NCBI RefSeq assembly: GCF_009914755.1
Contig: NC_060939.1
From: the human T2T-CHM13v2.0 reference genome, Homo sapiens
Strand: one strand, 5' to 3'
Length of the DNA: 64,000 nucleotides
Below the pieces are notes generated by a model. It worked only from the letters and a program-made list of their open reading frames with translations, made no database searches and was not told where the DNA came from. The translations under genes and the position numbers were made by a program. Shown here in pieces: positions 58,370 through 64,000 of this stretch; the first letter of the stretch is position 1; every line of letters begins with the position of its first letter.

Positions 58370-59589
58370 CTCCCACTGGGGCTAACTAGGCAGTGCTCCA
58401 CCCAGGGAGAGCAAACAAAAGCAGGGTGGGGCAATGGCCTACACCTCGGAGCAACATGGAGCCAAAGGAACCCCCACCCCTAGCCAAGGGAGGCAGTGAG
58501 TGACTGTGATTCCCCCTGGGAAACCATGCTTCTCCCATGGATCTGGAGATCCTCTCCTGAGCCCACGCTACCTGGGCCTTGGGTCCTATGCACAGAGCTG
58601 TGAGCAGCCACTCAGGCACACACAGAGACCCAGGAGTTTTATATACTCTGGCCCCAGGATCCCCAGTGAGGTGGAAGATCCATCCATACATTTCCCTAGG
58701 AAGGGGGCTGAATCCAGGGAGCCAAGCAATGTCATTCTGCGGGCCCCACTTCCATGGTACCTTACAGGTTAGGACCCAGTGGCAGCAGGTTGAGTCTGCC
58801 TGAATTGGTGGGAGAGTTTCTGGAGGCAGGGGCAGCTGAAATTTCTGTGGTTTCATTGACTCAGTATACCAGCCTGCTGGTTCTGGGGAGTCCAGGCAGT
58901 CCAGAAAAGGAGGGTCCTCCCCCAACACAGAACACCTGCTTTGCCAGATTTGGCCCAGACTTATTTTTAAAGTGGGTCCCCAGACAATTCCTCCTCACTG
59001 GGTGGGGCCTCCCTGCAGGGGGCCTTCAGTCACTCCGGCCAGGCTTACATGGACAGAACTTGCCCTGGGAAGCAGCTCCTGGGGGAGGGATGGCTGCCAT
59101 CTCTGTGGTTCAGTTGACTCGACTGTTCCAGCCTTCTGGCTCTGGAGAATCTGGGCTGTCCAGACAAGGAAGGGTTCCCCCAAATGCAGCACACATGTTC
59201 TACCAAAAAACAGCCAGACAGCTTCTGTAAGTGGGTCCCTGATCCCGTTCCTTCAGACTGGGTGACATATCCCAACAGGGGTGTTTCCAGACACCACCCA
59301 AAGGAGTGTTCAGACCAGCAACAGGTCAGTATCCACTGGAACAGAGCTTCCAGAGGAAGGAGTAGACTGTCATCTTTGCTGTTTCACAGCCTTCACTGGT
59401 GATACCTCCAGGTACGAGAAAAGCTGAGGCAACTGGGGTTTGGAGCAGACCCCCAGAAAACCATAGTAACCATATTGTTGCTAACAGTCAGTGGCCTGTT
59501 AAAAAACAAACATCAACAAAGAAGACCCTACAAAGACCCTATTCAAAGGTTAGCAACCTCAAAGATTGAAGGTAGATAAGATCACAAAG

Positions 59590-60600
59590 ATTAGAAAAAA
59601 ATCTATGCAAAAATGCTGAAAACTCAAAAAGCCAGAGTGCCTCGTCTCCTCTAAATGGCTGCAACACCTTTCCAGCAAGGGCACAGAACTGGGCTGAGAC
59701 TGAGATGGCTGAATTGACAGAAATAGATTTCAGAATGTGGGTAATAATGAACTTGTATGTTGTAACCCAATGCATGTTGTAACCCAATACAAAGAAGCTA
59801 AGAATCATGATACAACAAACATTAGAGGAACTGATATGCCGAATAGCAAGTTTGGAGAGGAACATAACTGACCTGATGGAGCTGAAAAACACGACAAGAG
59901 AACTTCACAATGCAATCACAAAAGTATGAATTGAAGAATAGACTAAGTGAAGGAAAGAATCTCAGAGCTTGAAGACTATCTTAAACAAGACAGGCAGACA
60001 AGAATAGAGAAAAAAGAATAAATAATGATGAACAAAACCTCTGAGAAATATGGTATTATGTGAAAAGACCAAACCTATGACTGTTTGGGGTACCTGAAAG
60101 TGATGGAGAGAATGGAACCAAGCTGGAAAACATACTTCAGGATATCATCCAGGAGAACTTCCTTAACCTGGAAAGTCAGGCCAACATTCAAATTCAGGAA
60201 ATTCAAAGAACCCCAGTAAGATACTCCATGAGAAGATGAGCCCCAGGACACAGAATCAACAGATTCTCCAAGGTCATAATGAAAGAAAAAAATGTTAAGG
60301 GAAGCTAGAGAGAAAGGCCAGGTCACCTACAAAGGGAAGCCCATCAGACTAATAGTGGACTTCTCAGTGGAAACCCTACAAGCCAGAAGAGATTGGGGAT
60401 CAATATTTCACATTCTTAAAGAAAATAATTTTCAACCCAAAATTTTATATCTGGCCAAACTAAGCTTCATAAGCAAAGGAGAGATAAATCCTTTCCAGGC
60501 AAGCAAATGCTGAGGGAATTCAGGCATATCTTGCAAGGGCTTCTAAAGGAAGCACTAAATATGGAAAGGAAAAACCATTACCAGCCACTACAAAAACACA
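59590..60600 (+). pseudogene. Decayed L1 ORF1p
   Basis: Track peptide MLREAREKGQVTYKGKPIRLIVDFSVETLQARRDWGSIFHILKENNFQPKILYLAKLSFISKGEI; stops and frameshifts elsewhere. Confidence 0.88.
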
Positions 60601-60671
60601 CTGAATTACACAGACCAGTGACACTATGAAGCACCTACAAAAACAAGTCTGCAAAATAACCAGCTAGCACC

Positions 60672-63600
60672 ATGATGACAGGATCAAATACACACATAAC
60701 AATATTAACCTTAAATGTAAATGGGATAAAGACCTCAATTAAAAGACACAGAATGGCAAGCTGGATAAAGAGTAAAGACCCATCAGTGTGCTGTATTCAA
60801 GAGACCTCTCTCACATGTGAAGACACACATAGGCTGAAAATAAAGGGATGGAAGAAAATTACCAAGCAAGTGGAAAACAGGGATTGCAATTCTGGTTTCT
60901 GATAAAACAAAGTTTAAGCCAACAAAGATTTAAAAAGACAAGGGCATTACATAATGGTAAAAGTTCAATTCAACAAGAACAGCTAACTGTCTGAACTAAA
61001 CATGCACCCAATACAGGAGCAGCCAGATTCATAAAGCAAGTTCTTAGAGACCTACAAAGAGCCTTAGACTCCCACATAGTAATAATGGGAAACTTCGATC
61101 ACCCAACTGACCATATTAGATCATTGGAGACAGAAAATTAGCAAAGACATTCAGGACCTGAACTCAGCTCTGGATTGAGTGGACCTGACAGATACCTACA
61201 GAACTCTTCACCCAGAAACAACAGAATACACATTCTTCTCATTCCACATGGCACTTACTCTAAAATTGATCACATAATCAGAAGTAAAACATTCTCAGCA
61301 AGTGTAAAAGAACTGAAGTCATAACTGACAGTCTCTAAGAACACAGAGCAATCAAATTATAACTCAAGATAAATTCATTCAAAACCACACAACTGCATGC
61401 AAATTGAACAACCTTCTACTGAATGAATTCTGGGCAAATAATGAAATTCAGGTAGAAATCAAGAAGTTATTTGAAACTAATAGGAACCAAAAGACAATGT
61501 AACAGAATCTCTTTGATTATAAAGTGGTTTTGAGAAGGAAATTTATAGCACTACATGCCCACATCAAAAATCTAGAAAGATCTCAAGTTAACAACCTAAC
61601 GTCACAACTAAAAGAACTAGAGAACCAAGAGCAAACAAAAACCAAAGCTAGCAGAAGACAAGAAATAACCAAGATTAGAACTGAATTGAAGGAGATAGAG
61701 ACACAAAAAACCCTTCAAAAAAATCAAAGAATCCAGGGGTTGGTTTATAAAAAAAATACATAAATTAGATAGACTGCTAGCTTAGACTAATAAAGAAGAA
61801 ATGAGAGAAGACTGAAATAAACACAATCAGAAATGATAAGGGCGATATCACCACTGACCCCGCAGAAATAAACCAACCATCGGAGAATACTACAAACACA
61901 TCTATGAACATAAACTAAAAAATGTAGACTAAATGGATAAATTCTTGGACACATACACTGTCCCAAGACTGAACCAGGAAGAAACCAAATAGACCAATAA
62001 TGAGTTCTAAAATATAGGCAGTGATAAACAGCCCACCAACCAAAAAAAAGCCCAGGACCAAATGGATGCACAGCTGAATTCTACCAGAGGTACAAAGAAT
62101 AGCTGGTACCATTTCTACTGAATTTATTCCAAATAACTGAGAAGGAAGGACTCCTCCCTAACTCATTCTATGAGGCCAGCATCATCTTGATACCAAAACC
62201 TGGCAGAGATACAACAACAGAAAACTTTAAGCCAATATCCCTGATGAAAATTGAACCAAAAATTCTCAGTAAAATACTGGCAAACTGAATGCAGCAGCAC
62301 ATCAAAAAGTTTATCTAACATGATCAAGTTGACTTCATTTTCAGGATGCAAAGTTGATTCAACATATGCAAATCAATAAATTTTATTCATCTCATAAATA
62401 GAACTAAAGATAAAAACCACATGATTATCTCAATAGATGCAGAAAAGGCCTTCGATAAAATTCAACATCTCTTCATGTTAAAAACTCTCAATGAACTAGG
62501 TATGGAGGACACATACCTCAAAATAATAAGAGCCATATATGGCAAACCCATAGCCAGTATCATACTGAATGGGCCAAAGCTGGAAGCATTCCCCCTTGAA
62601 AACTGGCACAAGACAAGGATGCCCTCTCTCACCACTCCTATTAAACACAGTATTGGAAGTTCTGGGCAGGACAACCAGGTAAGAGAAAGAAATAAAAGGC
62701 ATCCAGATAGGAAGAGAGAAAGTCAAAATATCCCTGTTTGCAGATGACATGATCCTATATCTAGAAAACTCCATCATCTCTGCCCAAAAGCTTCTTAAGC
62801 TGATAAGCAACCTCAGCAAAGTGTCAGCATAAAAAATCAATGTGCAAAAATTGCCAGCATTTCTATATACCTAAAACAGGCAAGTAGAAATCCAAATCAT
62901 GAATGAAGTCCAATTCACAATTGCTTCAAAGAGAATAAAATACTTAGGAATACAACTAACAAGGGAAGTGAAGGACATCTTTAAGGGAAACTACAAAACA
63001 CTGCTCAAAGAAATCAGTGATGACACAAATGGAAAAATATTACATGCTTATGGATAGGAAGAATCAATATTGTGACAATAGCCATATTGCCTAAAGCAAT
63101 TTATCGGTTCAATGCTATTATACTACCACTGACATACTTTCTAATACTACACATAATTAGAAAAAAAAATTTTAAATTCGTATGAAACTTAAAAAGAGCC
63201 CTAATAGCCAAGGGAATCCTAAGTAAAAAGGACAAACCTGGAGATAGGCTACCTGACTTTAAACTATACTAAAAGACTACAGTAACTAAAACAGCATGTA
63301 CTGGTACAAGAACAGACACATAGAACAATGAAACAGAATAGAGAACTCAGAAGTAACCACTCACACCTGTAACCATCTGGTCTTTGACAAACCTGACCAA
63401 AAAAAGCAATGGCAAAAGGATTCCCTATTTAATAAATGGTTATGCGATATCTGGCAAGCCATATGCAGAAGATTAAAACTAGACCCCTTCCTTACACCAT
63501 ATACAAAAATTACCTCAAGATGGATTAAAGACAAATGTGAAACCCCAAACTATAAAAACCCTAGAAGAAAATCTTGGCAATATGATTCAGAACATAGATA

Positions 63601-64000
63601 CAGGCAAAAATTTCATGACAAAAATGACAAAAGCAGTTGCAACAAAAGGAAAAATTGACAATTGGGATCTAATTAAAGAGCTTCTGCACAGAAAAAGAAA
63701 CTGTCATAAGAATGAACCGATAACCTACAGAATAGGAGACTTTTTTTTTTTGCAATCTATCTATCTGAGAAAGGTCTGATACTGAGAGTCTACAAGGAAC
63801 TTAAACAAATTGACAGGAACAAAACAAACAACCCCATTAAAAAGTGGGCAAAGGATGTGAACAGATACTTCTCAAAAGACGACATACTTGTGGACAACAA
63901 ATATATGAAAAAAGCTCAACATCACTGATCATTAAAAAAATGCACATCAAAACCACAATGAGATACCATCTTATGCTAGTCAGAATGGCAGTTACTAAAA
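60672..64000 (+). pseudogene. Decayed L1 ORF2p (endonuclease, RT)
   Basis: MMTGSNTHITILTLNVNG...CCIQET; [16 protein letters not shown]; multiple stops and frameshifts. Confidence 0.92.

Larger units (their letters stand above)
58186..64000 (+). mobile_element. L1PA13-16-like LINE-1, near full length, running off the window end
   Basis: 5'UTR homologous to the reverse complement of 52500-53660; decayed ORF1 (QVTYKGKPIRL); ORF2 from 60672 (MMTGSNTHITILTLNVNG); TTTGCAGATGACATG (FADDM) near 62738. Confidence 0.93.

Noticed and set aside
58386-59402. Overlapping 70-180 aa ORFs on both strands
   Set aside because: They lie in the GC-rich L1 5'UTR where stops are scarce; no protein homology

Overview
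Primate (catarrhine, most likely human or ape) nuclear DNA: AluY, AluS, AluJ/FLAM, L1PA/L1PB, THE1A and MER11 elements are all present. The window is AT-rich, has no CpG island, and I can support no host protein-coding exon, RNA gene, CRISPR array or prokaryotic feature. It is intronic or intergenic. About 1-33 kb mixes unique sequence with ancient repeats (MIR, L2, MLT1, MER53, MER2, Tigger3, L1M). About 33-64 kb is almost entirely nested LINE-1/LTR/Alu. Every ORF in the track with recognisable homology is a decayed L1 ORF1/ORF2 or Alu read-through. I found no convincing new biological system. The most notable non-standard structures are: a perfect 33-bp inverted duplication (85-nt hairpin) inside an MLT1B LTR; a ~270-bp locally templated copy pasted into an old L1 1.26 kb from its source; two L1PA elements that keep both ends but carry large internal deletions; an L1PB1 fragment nested inside an AluS; a solo MER11 LTR with a 6-bp TSD; and a head-to-head pair of old L1PA elements whose 5'UTRs differ in ~265-bp monomer number. 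Subfamily names and old-repeat boundaries come from by-eye comparison with remembered consensus sequences and should be confirmed with RepeatMasker/Dfam.
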